DNA of 64,000 nucleotides, from the NCBI GenBank assembly GCA_018062285.1, contig JAGOSO010000002.1:3164-67163 (forward strand), read 5' to 3'. The stretch is from Minisyncoccota bacterium (GTDB taxonomy: Bacteria; Patescibacteriota; Minisyncoccia; 2-02-FULL-40-12; GWA2-44-9). Below, piece by piece: positions 46,032-55,559 of this stretch (within the stretch, counting starts at the first letter, position 1; each line of letters starts with the position of its first letter). A program made the position numbers and the translations under genes. The notes under the pieces were generated by a model. That model ran no database searches and was not told the origin of the DNA. It saw only the letters and a program-made list of their open reading frames with translations.

Positions 46032-46406
46032 CTAGCGAGAGCGATAAAACAAATAAATCAAAGAACCTGAGATATCCGCCACTAAATCCCGAAGAGTATC
46101 CGACAAATCACCACCATAAAAATATTTTAAGAATTTTGGAAGATAGACAGGAGAATAAACAGAAGACAGATGTTCAGCGATTTCCCAAGCTATTCCGACA
46201 GTAGACACAACCCCAATTATGGCCAGCCAAAAACCTAAACTTTTTTTAGAGGAATAATTTTTAGAAAATAATGGCTCAAATAACCATGCGACAGCAATCC
46301 CACCAATAACATGACACACCTTATCACTATAAGGTATATGTGTGGCCAATAGAGAAATGGCAATCAAGATAAACCCCAGAATCGCAAACTCGATTAGTCT
46401 TTTCAT
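46032..46406 (-). CDS. VanZ-like membrane protein
   Basis: Four TM helices and DKVCHV motif (DKxxHF of VanZ family). Confidence 0.5.
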   Translation of the reverse strand: MKRLIEFAILGFILIAISLLATHIPYSDKVCHVIGGIAVAWLFEPLFSKNYSSKKSLGFWLAIIGVVSTVGIAWEIAEHLSSVYSPVYLPKFLKYFYGGDLSDTLRDLVADISGSLIYLFYRSR

Positions 46407-47173
46407 TAAGTAATGGATCGATACCTATTTACTGCTAAGGGTACGAATACCACAATTATACCAACTATCCATAATAATGAGAACCAGATATTGTTGCCAA
46501 CTGGGAGCCCGAGGGTTAAAGCTCGGACAGTATTAACGGTATAAGTGATCGGGTTATGCTCAGCAAAAGCACGAATAGCAGAAGACATGCTTTCAACTGG
46601 AACGAAAATTGAACTACCAAAAGCTAATGGGAATACCCAAATAAAACCAGCAACCTGAGCAGTTTCTGGGGTTTTAACGGCTAAACCAATGGTTGCTGAC
46701 ACCCAAGAAAAGGCATAGCCAAACAAAAGGATTAAAGACAATGCGCCCATAAAATTAAAGATGCCGTGATCGATTCTAAAACCAACAAACAAACCAGCAA
46801 TGGTCATAAGAATAACAACAAATAAATTACGCAAAAGATCAGAGATTGTTCGTCCGGCCAACACGGCCAAACGAGACATCGGCAAAGAGCGGAAACGGTC
46901 AATCATGCCACGAGACAAATCATCAACCAAACCAATACCAGTCTGAGTAGCACCAAACAAAACTGTTTGGACCAAGATGCCTGGCAATAAATAGTTGATG
47001 TAGTTTTCTACACCAGTTTTAATTGCACCTCCAAAGACATAGGTAAACAATAACAACATCATCACAGGCTGTATTGTAGAAAAAACTAGGAGCTGAGGCA
47101 TGCGAGTGAACTTGACCAAGTTTCTTTTGGTCATAACTCGAACATCGGAAAATGTATTTGAGAAATTATTCAT
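46406..47173 (-). CDS. ABC-2 type transporter permease
   Basis: Six TM helices, ABC-2 family pattern; overlaps the ATPase gene. Confidence 0.75.
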   Translation of the reverse strand: MNNFSNTFSDVRVMTKRNLVKFTRMPQLLVFSTIQPVMMLLLFTYVFGGAIKTGVENYINYLLPGILVQTVLFGATQTGIGLVDDLSRGMIDRFRSLPMSRLAVLAGRTISDLLRNLFVVILMTIAGLFVGFRIDHGIFNFMGALSLILLFGYAFSWVSATIGLAVKTPETAQVAGFIWVFPLAFGSSIFVPVESMSSAIRAFAEHNPITYTVNTVRALTLGLPVGNNIWFSLLWIVGIIVVFVPLAVNRYRSIT

Positions 47174-47175
47174 AT

Positions 47176-48288
47176 TTATTCAGCACTGTGGCCGGTCAAA
47201 GCCATAAATACATCGTCCAAACTTGGACGACGCAAAACAATGTCGTTAATTTTTATATTAGCAGCATCTAATTCGCGGACAACATCAACCAGGACGGCTG
47301 CACCACCACTCACTGGCATTGTAATAATATCTGAATCTTCCTTTATGTGAGCTAATTCACTGCCAAACGGGGAAATTATAGAGACTGCTTCTTGAATCTT
47401 TTCTCGGTCTGAAACATGAAGTTCGACAACATCTCCCCCAACCTGACTTTTTAATTCATCGGCTGTCCCTTGAGCAATGATACGACCATGGTCAATCACC
47501 AAAATCTTGTCAGCCAATTGATCTGCTTCCTCTAAATACTGAGTAGTCAAAACGACTGTCGTGCCATCTTTTACCAATTCTCTAATAACATGCCACAAAG
47601 CAAAGCGGCCACGTGGGTCTAAACCAGTTGTGGGTTCATCCAAGAATAGGACTTTAGGATTTATAACTAAACTAGCCGCCAAATCCAACCTTCGGCGCAT
47701 GCCGCCTGAATATGTTTTAAGAATACGATCACCAGCATCATTCAAATCAAACTGAGTAAGAAGTTCAGCCGCACGGCGACGAGAATCAGCTACAGATAAA
47801 TGGTATAAGCGACCCACCATTTCTAAATTTTCTCGGCCTGTTAAATTGTCATCGACAGCCGCATACTGACCAGCCAAACCAATAACAGAGCGGAGCTTGT
47901 TGGCGTCACGTACAACATCAAAACCGGCAACACGAGCAGAACCACTTTCTGGCGTTAGTAATGTGGTCAGGATCCTAACAGTGGTTGTTTTGCCAGCGCC
48001 GTTTGGACCAAGAATAGCAGTCACACTCCCACGCTTAACATCAAAGCTAACATTATCTAATGCCCTAAAGGTCTTATTATATGTTTTAGAAAGGTTGCGA
48101 GCCGTAACAATATTTTCAGCTGAATCCAAAGAAGCTTCTGGTCGAGTTAGTTCCATGTGCTCCAAAAATATATTAGTAAGGTCGTTAACCTGCCAACCAG
48201 CCGCTGTCAGACTGTCGATTATTTGTTTATTCGACAATCCAAGATTCCGAGCATCTTCTACGTATGAAATTAAAGGGTGATTAGCCAT
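47176..48288 (-). CDS. ABC transporter ATP-binding protein (DrrA-like) with ~60-aa N-terminal extension
   Basis: Walker A GPNGAGKTT, signature YSGGMRRRL, Walker B LFLDEPTTGLD. Confidence 0.85.
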   Translation of the reverse strand: MANHPLISYVEDARNLGLSNKQIIDSLTAAGWQVNDLTNIFLEHMELTRPEASLDSAENIVTARNLSKTYNKTFRALDNVSFDVKRGSVTAILGPNGAGKTTTVRILTTLLTPESGSARVAGFDVVRDANKLRSVIGLAGQYAAVDDNLTGRENLEMVGRLYHLSVADSRRRAAELLTQFDLNDAGDRILKTYSGGMRRRLDLAASLVINPKVLFLDEPTTGLDPRGRFALWHVIRELVKDGTTVVLTTQYLEEADQLADKILVIDHGRIIAQGTADELKSQVGGDVVELHVSDREKIQEAVSIISPFGSELAHIKEDSDIITMPVSGGAAVLVDVVRELDAANIKINDIVLRRPSLDDVFMALTGHSAE

Positions 48289-48369
48289 GTTTATGTGTTA
48301 CTTAAGAGTCTATTAGTATACCAGAAACTGGCCTAAATATCAAGGCCAGTTTTAAATACCAAAAATAAG

Positions 48370-49119
48370 CTAGTCCTTACTTCCTTTTGTAGATTCCGTC
48401 GAGTCGCAACGAGACTTAATGTCTTCTAAGAGATGCTCGGACAAACGAAATTCTGCATCTTTTTGCTTAACTGTATTTAAAATATCTTTGCAAAATTTAC
48501 CACGCACATCCTTACTGTCTTCCAATCTTTGAACCCGACCAAGAACTCCTTCCACCTCATTTTGAAAATCTTTATTCAAACGATCAATTCGTTTTTGATT
48601 ACTGATCGATGTATCTATTTTGACATGGTCCGCATCTTTTATTTCATTTTTTATTGGAGTTTCCTCAGGTTTATTTTTAACGACTGAACTAGGAGTGGGC
48701 TGAATAGATTCTTGTGGTGTGTTTTTGTGTTGCAAATTTTCATTTTCCAACTCAACCACTTCTTGTAAGCGCCGAGTAGCAAAAACACGGTGAAGCTCCA
48801 CTTGCTTAACTGGCGAACTTGCTTTCAATCTCACCTGCTCACTAACACGCTTAAAATCATAAAGAGGATGGGCCACAGAAACATCACTAACATCAGCAAA
48901 AACCGACAAACCCGTAACCATGGACAACGCAACCACAGCAAAAACTGTCGCGTACTTCATTAAATGATAATGCTTAATTACGCTGGCACTGTTTCTCTGC
49001 TGAGACATTAATACAAACTTTTCTTTAGTTGAATTCAAAAATGTTTTGTCTGGCTGAACATAAGAACGCAAACTACGTTTGAGTTTCCATATAGCTAATT
49101 GTTCTTTAATAAAATTCAT
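48370..49119 (-). CDS. Putative anti-sigma factor (single-TM, downstream of and translationally coupled to ECF sigma)
   Basis: ATGA overlap with sigma gene; TM helix VFAVVALSMVTGLSVFA; no enzymatic motif. Confidence 0.45.
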   Translation of the reverse strand: MNFIKEQLAIWKLKRSLRSYVQPDKTFLNSTKEKFVLMSQQRNSASVIKHYHLMKYATVFAVVALSMVTGLSVFADVSDVSVAHPLYDFKRVSEQVRLKASSPVKQVELHRVFATRRLQEVVELENENLQHKNTPQESIQPTPSSVVKNKPEETPIKNEIKDADHVKIDTSISNQKRIDRLNKDFQNEVEGVLGRVQRLEDSKDVRGKFCKDILNTVKQKDAEFRLSEHLLEDIKSRCDSTESTKGSKD

Positions 49120-49652
49120 TATTTTAAATACGGGATAAGCCTCTTACGCAAACGATGAATAGCCACACGTAAAGAAGACTCTGACTTACCTGTCACCTTT
49201 GCCAAATCTGCATAAGACATATCGGCAACAAAATGGTGTTCAAATAATTCTTGCTCCTCTTGTGAAAACTTTTCAACGATCTCCATTATTTCTCGAATCT
49301 TAGCCGTTCCATCTGAACTAGCTTTGTCTTCGGCAATATTTCCCCCTTCTTCTGGTAAGTCGGCAAGATATGAAGGTTTCTTTAAGCGAAAATAATCTAT
49401 TGCTGAATTTCTGGCAATCTGCCAAATCCATGCAGTAAAGTTTCCGGTTCCTCTATTGAATTGTTCGATACTTTTAACAACTTTTAAAAAAACTTCTTGA
49501 GTTAAATCTTGAGCAACTTCTTTGTGCCGAACCCTAGCCATAAAAAAAGCATAAATCGGTTTAGAAAAATGGTCAAATATTTTCCCCGCAGAAGCAGAAT
49601 CTCCTTTTTGGAGGGCCTCGGCTTCTTTGTTAAAAGAGTCTTTGGGCACCAT
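49119..49652 (-). CDS. ECF-type RNA polymerase sigma-70 factor
   Basis: Region 2 (DLTQEVFLKVVKSIEQF...AWIWQIARN) and region 4 HTH (DLAKVTGKSESSLRVAIHRLRKRL). Confidence 0.85.
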   Translation of the reverse strand: MVPKDSFNKEAEALQKGDSASAGKIFDHFSKPIYAFFMARVRHKEVAQDLTQEVFLKVVKSIEQFNRGTGNFTAWIWQIARNSAIDYFRLKKPSYLADLPEEGGNIAEDKASSDGTAKIREIMEIVEKFSQEEQELFEHHFVADMSYADLAKVTGKSESSLRVAIHRLRKRLIPYLK

Positions 49653-49811
49653 AGTATATACGTTTGGATGTGACCTATTGTTTCTCGCCTTCTAGCTTCT
49701 AGAATACCATGTTTTGCTTGATTTTTCAACACAAATACTCTCTGGCCCGGTTCCTGTTATCTCTAAAATACAAAATGCCCGCTCTTTCGATGGGGCATTT
49801 TGTATTTAATG

Positions 49812-49884
49812 GGGGGATAACGGGAATCGAACCCGTGACCGCGCTGCCACAGAGCGCTGTGATAACCGCTTCACCATATCCCCC
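49812..49884 (-). tRNA. tRNA-His (GTG) with genomically encoded G-1
   Basis: Hand-folded cloverleaf: acceptor ggggata/tatcccc with extra 5' G, D-stem gtga/tcac, anticodon loop cTGTGgc, T-arm acggg-ttcgatt-cccgt, discriminator C. Confidence 0.8.
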
Positions 49885-50006
49885 AATATTAACTACGGAC
49901 TTAATACGTCCTTCTATTATATCGTATTTTATTGCATAAATCCAGGGGTAAAGTTATCCATGCTTTACGTTTTGGCTTTTTTAACGTAGAATTCAATAGC
50001 TACGAT

Positions 50007-50081
50007 GCTCTCGTAGCTTAATGGATAAAGCAGGACTCTTCTAAGGTCTTGATGGGGGTTCGATTCCCTCCGGGAGCACCA
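50007..50081 (+). tRNA. tRNA-Arg (TCT), CCA encoded
   Basis: Acceptor gctctcg/cgggagc, D-arm gctt-aatggata-aagc, anticodon loop cttcTaa, T-loop ttcgatt, 3' acca. Confidence 0.8.
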
Positions 50082-50101
50082 GAGAGGCAATAGAGCAATA
50101 T

Positions 50102-50172
50102 CGGGCCGTTGTGTAACGGTAGCACGCATGATTTGGGATCATGTAGTCCGGGTTCAAATCCCGGCGGCCCGA
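50102..50172 (+). tRNA. tRNA-Pro (TGG)
   Basis: Acceptor cgggccg/cggcccg, anticodon stem catga/tcatg with loop ttTGGga, T-arm ccggg-ttcaaat-cccgg. Confidence 0.8.
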
Positions 50173-50180
50173 CAAGTTAG

Positions 50181-50214
50181 ATCTGAACGGCTCAAGTGGT
50201 TGAGCCGTTCAGAT
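50181..50214. repeat. Palindromic element copy 3 (atctGAACGGCTCAA-gtgg-TTGAGCCGTTCagat) between tRNA-Pro and tRNA-Gly
   Basis: 15-bp perfect inverted repeat; core shared with copies at 12179-12202 and 20437-20460. Confidence 0.7.
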
Positions 50215-50218
50215 TAAG

Positions 50219-50292
50219 GCGGGATTCGTATATCGGTAATACATGAGTTTTCCAAACTCAAGAGACGGGTTCGACTCCCGTATCCCGCTCCA
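50219..50292 (+). tRNA. tRNA-Gly (TCC), CCA encoded
   Basis: Acceptor gcgggat/atcccgc, anticodon stem tgagt/actca with loop ttTCCaa, T-arm acggg-ttcgact-cccgt, followed by terminator aaaaaacagg...ctgtttttt. Confidence 0.8.
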
Positions 50293-50402
50293 AAGAAAAA
50301 ACAGGCCATTAGTGTCTGTTTTTTCTTTGGAGCCAAAAGTAAGGATAATGCCACTGCTACGTCATATGTATTAGGCCCTCCATAAAATACAGGCCAACCA
50401 CC

Positions 50403-50900
50403 ATGAACCGTAACATTTTAATAGCCTCATCCATTGTCCTAATGTTTGGTTTTGCAGCGATATTAACCCTAAGCAACAAGGCACCCAACGACACTTCAAT
50501 CAGTGTTACTCCAACCCAAACACCAGCCCCCATAAAACGTATTGAGATCACATTAGGGCAACAAACATTATCCTATTATTCTGACGACACTTTGGTTAAT
50601 ACGATAAAAATTTCATCTGGTCTTCCAAGAACACCGACCCCAATCGGAACCTTTACTGTGCTGGACAAGATCCCAACAAAAGATTACATAGGCAAAAACT
50701 TGGATGGCACATGGTACGACCTCAAAAACACACAATGGAATTTAAGATTTTCTAATCTTGGGTATTACATTCACGGCGCATATTGGCATAACAATTTTGG
50801 CCACCCGATGAGTCATGGCTGTATTAATGTCTCCTATGCCGACATGCCTCAATTGTATGAATTTGCCGACCTTGGTACACTTATTGTCATAAAACAATAA
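50403..50900 (+). CDS. L,D-transpeptidase (YkuD domain) with signal peptide
   Basis: Catalytic HGCINVSY motif (His...Cys of YkuD); N-terminal signal/TM. Confidence 0.8.
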   Translation: MNRNILIASSIVLMFGFAAILTLSNKAPNDTSISVTPTQTPAPIKRIEITLGQQTLSYYSDDTLVNTIKISSGLPRTPTPIGTFTVLDKIPTKDYIGKNLDGTWYDLKNTQWNLRFSNLGYYIHGAYWHNNFGHPMSHGCINVSYADMPQLYEFADLGTLIVIKQ

Positions 50901-50913
50901 GCTGGTCTGCAAA

Positions 50914-51168
50914 ATGCCAACCAAGAAAAACAGATTCAACTTCGTTTCCGATGAGGTCAAACAAAAGCACATCCAAAATATAATTGGTTTCTTTAAATCT
51001 GAAAGAGATGAAGAAATTGGTGTTATTGCCGCCGAACAAATCCTAGACTTCTTTATTGAAAATATAGGTGAAGACATCTACCGCAAAGCCATCAAAGATT
51101 CTCAAAAAATTATCAAAGAAAAATTAGAAGATATGGGAATAGAAATCGAAAGCTTATCCATCAAATAA
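50914..51168 (+). CDS. DUF2164-like small protein
   Basis: 84 aa; ...GVIAAEQILDFFIENIGEDIYRKAI...; followed by terminator acagcccgatatcgggctgt. Confidence 0.4.
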   Translation: MPTKKNRFNFVSDEVKQKHIQNIIGFFKSERDEEIGVIAAEQILDFFIENIGEDIYRKAIKDSQKIIKEKLEDMGIEIESLSIK

Positions 51169-51203
51169 ATACAGCCCGATATCGGGCTGTATTTATTTGA
51201 TAT

Positions 51204-51809
51204 TTATTCTTTATCAGCAAACACCACGAGTCTCTTTGAATAGCTTTCAGAAACCTTATCCCAAACACCTTCGCAAGTTATAAGATTCAAATGGGCCTTA
51301 CCGTCATTAGAAACAAAAACGGACGAAGCATCGGCTTCTGGTTCAAAATGCTTAATTTCTTTTACTACAAAGCTAATGATTCCCCCATCATAATTTTCTA
51401 CCGAAATCTTATCTCCTATCTTTAATTTATTAAGATTATCGAATACCGAACTTCCTCCTTTTTTAAGTAAGCCATAATGCCCATCAATAACAGCACTACC
51501 TATTTCTCCTGGACGCTTACCCAAAGAGAACCAGCCGACATTCCCCACAACCACCGGAACCCCCATAGCGCCCGCGGCTGTTAAACCAACGTTCTCAACA
51601 AGAGAATCTACGCCAATAATTGGAATTCTCAATCTTAAAGGCAAGCTTCCCTTGCCTTGATTTGGCAAATTTAAAAAATTTTTAGCAAGTGGCTCTGCGC
51701 TATTTTTAAACAACAAACTTGGTGCAGAAAAAATTAAAATTAGGCCAACCAATAAACCAAAGCTAAATAATAGCAGGGCCTTATTTAGCTTTGGTTTATT
51801 AAGCTTCAT
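51204..51809 (-). CDS. Sortase family transpeptidase
   Basis: N-terminal TM, catalytic His in VIDGHYG and Cys in LNLITCEG (TLxTC motif). Confidence 0.75.
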   Translation of the reverse strand: MKLNKPKLNKALLLFSFGLLVGLILIFSAPSLLFKNSAEPLAKNFLNLPNQGKGSLPLRLRIPIIGVDSLVENVGLTAAGAMGVPVVVGNVGWFSLGKRPGEIGSAVIDGHYGLLKKGGSSVFDNLNKLKIGDKISVENYDGGIISFVVKEIKHFEPEADASSVFVSNDGKAHLNLITCEGVWDKVSESYSKRLVVFADKE

Positions 51810-51812
51810 TTT

Positions 51813-51965
51813 TTAGCGCAAGATCTTTTCGCCTTTGATAACCCTAAGGAGAATCACAACAACAGCAAACACAAGAAGAACATGGATAAGAGCACCAGCG
51901 ACAGGGAAAATTATAAAACCGAAAAACCATAGAACCAAAAGAATAATGGCAATATTTAATAACAT
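51813..51965 (-). CDS. lmo0937-like small membrane protein (50 aa; below the ORF-track cutoff)
   Basis: Translated by hand: MLLNIAIILLVLWFFGFIIFPVAGALIHVLLVFAVVVILLRVIKGEKILR, the characteristic two-helix family pattern. Confidence 0.5.
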   Translation of the reverse strand: MLLNIAIILLVLWFFGFIIFPVAGALIHVLLVFAVVVILLRVIKGEKILR

Positions 51966-51977
51966 ATAGTTTGTGAT

Positions 51978-52979
51978 TTAGTTAGTTTGTAGCTTTTTAA
52001 ATACGATACTCGAGACCACAAACAATGAGAGTAGCCCAAAGATTAAAGCCGTGACAGAAGAACCACTGGAGGTTGGTCCCACTCCTGCGTTAGGAAGCTG
52101 CGGAATTGGCGTCACAGAAGGGGTTGGAGTACTAGGAGGTAATAATGCTGGCGTTGGGGTACTAGTCGGGAAAGGGGTTGAGTTTGGTGTCGGAGTTAAA
52201 GTTGCAACTGGTGTGGGTGTGAGACTTGGGATTGGGGTAGGAGTTGGTGTCGATGTTGGGATTGGGGTAGGAGTTGAAAGAATGCAAGAAGGTTTAGTTA
52301 TTGGACTAGTATCCAATGTGACCGCACCATTACGGGCAAAGACTCTACCATTCACAGAGGCGCCAGTCGTAGCCGTTATGGAGGTTAGAGCGACGAGGTT
52401 ACCAACGAAATTAGAATTTGTGCCTAAGGTCGCTGATGAAGCGACCTGCCAAAAAACATTACAAGCTTGAGCGCCATTAATCAAATTGATTCTACTCCCG
52501 CTCGACGTGGTCAAAGAAGAACCCACCTGAAAAATAAAGACAGCGTTCGGATTTCCTTGTCCATCAAGAGTCAAGGTGCCAGTGAGGCCTAAAGAAGAGT
52601 TTGAATTATAAACACCTGGCACCAAAGTTAAGCCACCCAAATCACCAGAAACTGTTGAGGTTGATGCTTGAGACGCAAGAGAATTATAAGCCGTAACAAT
52701 ATCTGTCATTGCCTGAGCCGCAGTAGCATCCGTTATGTGTTGAGTACCATTAACGATACCAGGCGGAAAACCCGTAACCGACGTACCTGGACTCAACCCC
52801 AGATCCCCATTCACTGTAGTTGAACCGGTATTTGTAATTGTAGACCCTCCAAGAACAGCAAAACTATCAGCGACACCCAAGCTAACTGTCGTGGCTGCAC
52901 CAGCCGTGAGGGATCCAAGTAAGCCTAGGCTAATAAGTGCTACAACCAATGCTAGTCCGACCTTTTTATGTTTCAACAT
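51978..52979 (-). CDS. Secreted DUF3494 (ice-binding-like) surface protein with Pro/Thr-rich stalk and LPNAG sortase-sorting signal
   Basis: Signal peptide; DUF3494 pattern ([14 protein letters not shown]...[11 protein letters not shown]...[14 protein letters not shown]); PTPxP repeats; C-terminal LPNAG + hydrophobic helix + KK. Confidence 0.7.
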   Translation of the reverse strand: MLKHKKVGLALVVALISLGLLGSLTAGAATTVSLGVADSFAVLGGSTITNTGSTTVNGDLGLSPGTSVTGFPPGIVNGTQHITDATAAQAMTDIVTAYNSLASQASTSTVSGDLGGLTLVPGVYNSNSSLGLTGTLTLDGQGNPNAVFIFQVGSSLTTSSGSRINLINGAQACNVFWQVASSATLGTNSNFVGNLVALTSITATTGASVNGRVFARNGAVTLDTSPITKPSCILSTPTPIPTSTPTPTPIPSLTPTPVATLTPTPNSTPFPTSTPTPALLPPSTPTPSVTPIPQLPNAGVGPTSSGSSVTALIFGLLSLFVVSSIVFKKLQTN

Positions 52980-53145
52980 ATATTTGTTAATTTTTTAAAC
53001 TCTTTAATTTAGTATGGCCCTAATCAAAGATAATGATATAGACTTGTCCACTGATACCTAAAACGTTTGAGACCGCAAAATATTACAGGGCGGGGGTATT
53101 GGCTTTATTCATTTTTTCTTTTTGATAGTTTGGTATACTGCGGAT

Positions 53146-54279
53146 ATGGAACCATTAGCCTCACAAATCAGACCCAAAGAACTGGCCGAATTTGTGGGCC
53201 AGCAACATTTAGTTGGGCCAGACAAGCCACTCTCAGTCGCCATCAGTAAGAAGCATTTATTTTCGTTCATTCTTTGGGGACCGCCTGGGGTTGGCAAAAC
53301 GACACTGGGCCGAATCTATGCCAATGCATTAAAGGCCGACTACCATGAACTCTCAGCTGTCTCTGCCGGCAAAGAAGACATTCGTAAAATAGTTGATGCA
53401 CCAGAAGGATTATTTGGGCCTAAAATTTTATTTCTAGACGAAATTCATCGTTTCAATAAAGCTCAGCAAGACTTCCTGCTCCCTTTTGTTGAATCAGGAA
53501 AATTAACCCTAATTGGCGCGACAACTGAAAATCCAAGTTTTGAAGTCATCCCCGCCCTTCTCTCTCGATGCCGAGTCTTTGTTTTAGAAGAATTAAACGA
53601 GGGCGACATGGCCACCATATTCAAACGTACGGGCCTCAAGATCCCCAAGGACGCATCGGATTGGCTAATCTCTATGGCTGGTGGTGATGCCCGCCAAGCC
53701 ATCACCATGCTCGAAAACACAAAACAACTTTATGATGGTATTACTTTAGAAAACCTAAAAAGCACCCTGCAATCAAAAACTTTACGTTATGACAAAAAAG
53801 GTGAGGAACATTACAACACCATAAGCGCTTTTATTAAAAGCATGCGAGCCAGTCAGCCAGATGCTGCACTCTACTATCTCGCACGAATGGTTGAATCTGG
53901 CGAAGACCCAAAGTTCATCGCCAGACGTATGGTTATTTTTGCTAGTGAAGATATTGGATTAAAGGACCCTAATGCTCTTGTTGTCGCCAATGCTGTTTTC
54001 CAAGCCGTTGATACCATAGGCATGCCGGAAGCTGGAATTAATCTTGGCCATGGTGTTGCCTATCTAAGCCTCGCCCCCAAAGATCGTTCAGCTCATGATG
54101 CATACAAAGAAGCTCTTGTCGATGCCAAACAATTAGGCAACTTGCCCATCCCGATGATTATACGTAATGCTCCAACCAAATTAATGAAAGATTTAGGTTA
54201 CGGCCAAGATTATGAAATATATACCAGCAAAGACCTTCTCCCAGAAAAATTAAAAGACAAGAAATACCTAAAAAAATAA
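53146..54279 (+). CDS. rarA: Replication-associated recombination protein A (RarA/MgsA AAA+ ATPase)
   Basis: Walker A GPPGVGKTT, Walker B LFLDEIHRFNK, sensor/arginine finger region, MgsA C-terminal domain; the tool start at 53122 is a TTG, so the first ATG is used. Confidence 0.85.
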   Translation: MEPLASQIRPKELAEFVGQQHLVGPDKPLSVAISKKHLFSFILWGPPGVGKTTLGRIYANALKADYHELSAVSAGKEDIRKIVDAPEGLFGPKILFLDEIHRFNKAQQDFLLPFVESGKLTLIGATTENPSFEVIPALLSRCRVFVLEELNEGDMATIFKRTGLKIPKDASDWLISMAGGDARQAITMLENTKQLYDGITLENLKSTLQSKTLRYDKKGEEHYNTISAFIKSMRASQPDAALYYLARMVESGEDPKFIARRMVIFASEDIGLKDPNALVVANAVFQAVDTIGMPEAGINLGHGVAYLSLAPKDRSAHDAYKEALVDAKQLGNLPIPMIIRNAPTKLMKDLGYGQDYEIYTSKDLLPEKLKDKKYLKK

Positions 54280-54287
54280 ACAGCCGA

Positions 54288-54707
54288 TTACTCGGCTGCC
54301 AAAAGAATACATTGGGTTATACAATCTGCCCACACCCGAACGTCAGCTTCAGCCAGTCCCAACTCTTCGATACACTGAGAAATTTCTTCTCGTGAGATGG
54401 TCACCTTCCAGCTCATGTTTGGGCCACTGCAAGTAACCAACATATCACGCGCAGCAAAAAGCATTAAGTGATACACGACAGGCATGACCCCATAGAGAGG
54501 GTTGAAATCAAGATCTTCCCCAAACCATTCTGGAAAAGAAACCCGTTTTGATGTGTCATAAAGAGCACAATCAAACAGTGGAGATCCTACACACCTTGCA
54601 ACAAGATGCTCTGGCATAAAAGACAGGAGCACAACCAAAAGCTTGTAACACTTTGGATTCACGGGAACCTCCAGAGCCCAATTGTACATGAGATCGTAAA
54701 AAATCAA
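54288..54707 (-). CDS. Hypothetical protein (139 aa)
   Basis: ORF only; no motif recognised. Confidence 0.3.
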   Translation of the reverse strand: MIFYDLMYNWALEVPVNPKCYKLLVVLLSFMPEHLVARCVGSPLFDCALYDTSKRVSFPEWFGEDLDFNPLYGVMPVVYHLMLFAARDMLVTCSGPNMSWKVTISREEISQCIEELGLAEADVRVWADCITQCILLAAE

Positions 54708-54772
54708 AGCCCCACCAATATGGTGGGGCTTTGATTTTTGAATTACTCGGATCCGAGATTCAAAACTGAAGA

Positions 54773-55057
54773 CTACATGATAGCTTCTTTCAAAAGCTTA
54801 CCAGGAGTGAAGCGAGGCTTCTTAGAGGCTTTGATGTGGATCGTTTCGCCAGTGCGAGGATTGCGTCCTTCGCGAGCTTTGCGATCGGCGACCTTAAAGA
54901 TACCAAAACCAGTAATGTTGACCTTATCTCCTTTGCGCATAACCTTGGTGACTTCTTCTACGAAGGCATCAATCCATGCGATACCATCTTTCTTGGAAAC
55001 ACCCATGCGTTCAGCCAAGATCTGTGCTAACTGACTCTTTTTTACAGCATTTGCCAT
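54773..55057 (-). CDS. hup: DNA-binding protein HU
   Basis: MANAVKKSQLAQILAERMGVSKKDG...GFGIFKV..R.AREGRNPRTGE canonical HU/IHF fold signature. Confidence 0.9.
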   Translation of the reverse strand: MANAVKKSQLAQILAERMGVSKKDGIAWIDAFVEEVTKVMRKGDKVNITGFGIFKVADRKAREGRNPRTGETIHIKASKKPRFTPGKLLKEAIM

Positions 55058-55290
55058 AGTATTTGTTTGATAATTTAATTGGTTATTATAGCAACAATCG
55101 ACCTTATTATTGCTTAGTCCTCACACCTATTTGATAGGTTGTGATGGATTTTCCTTGGTTTTTAAACCTAACTTCTTAATTCTCTAGGTTTTCCGCCAAA
55201 ATTGCAATAGGGGTGTTGATAATCAAGGTTTTTCGCTAGTTTGACAAAAACTTATTTTAATATTATTATAATTGCACAAGGAGAGACGAG

Positions 55291-55509
55291 ATGCCTAGAA
55301 AGACCCAGAGCAAAAGAGACAGGCTGTTCATTCAAGCAAGGAAACTCCGTGTAGCAAGAAGGTTCGACGTCAAGATACGGAAACACAAGAAAGTTGTCTT
55401 CGGAGGTGGCAATCGTTTTGTAGCAGAATGGGTAATGACCTATGATGCCACACCACTCAGAGACATTCGAAGAATGATCAAGCGGGCTGGCCAGAAGCCC
55501 TGCTGTTAG
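55291..55509 (+). CDS. Hypothetical small basic protein (72 aa)
   Basis: AAGGAGAG SD; upstream TTGACA-like -35 and AT-rich -10; pI clearly basic (R/K-rich). Confidence 0.4.
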   Translation: MPRKTQSKRDRLFIQARKLRVARRFDVKIRKHKKVVFGGGNRFVAEWVMTYDATPLRDIRRMIKRAGQKPCC

Positions 55510-55559
55510 CAATCGCCCATTCTCCGCACCATGGCCTGCCTCTCCGGCGGGCCGTTTTA

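Noticed and set aside
52051-52470. 139-aa plus-strand ORF (GVGV repeats)
   Set aside because: Antisense of the Pro/Thr-rich repeat region of the DUF3494 surface protein. It is a low-complexity artefact.
53122-53145. TTG-initiated N-terminal extension of RarA (MIVWYTAD)
   Set aside because: No SD. The first ATG at 53146 gives a canonical RarA N-terminus. Likewise the TTG start at 58603 was replaced by the SD-supported ATG at 58519.
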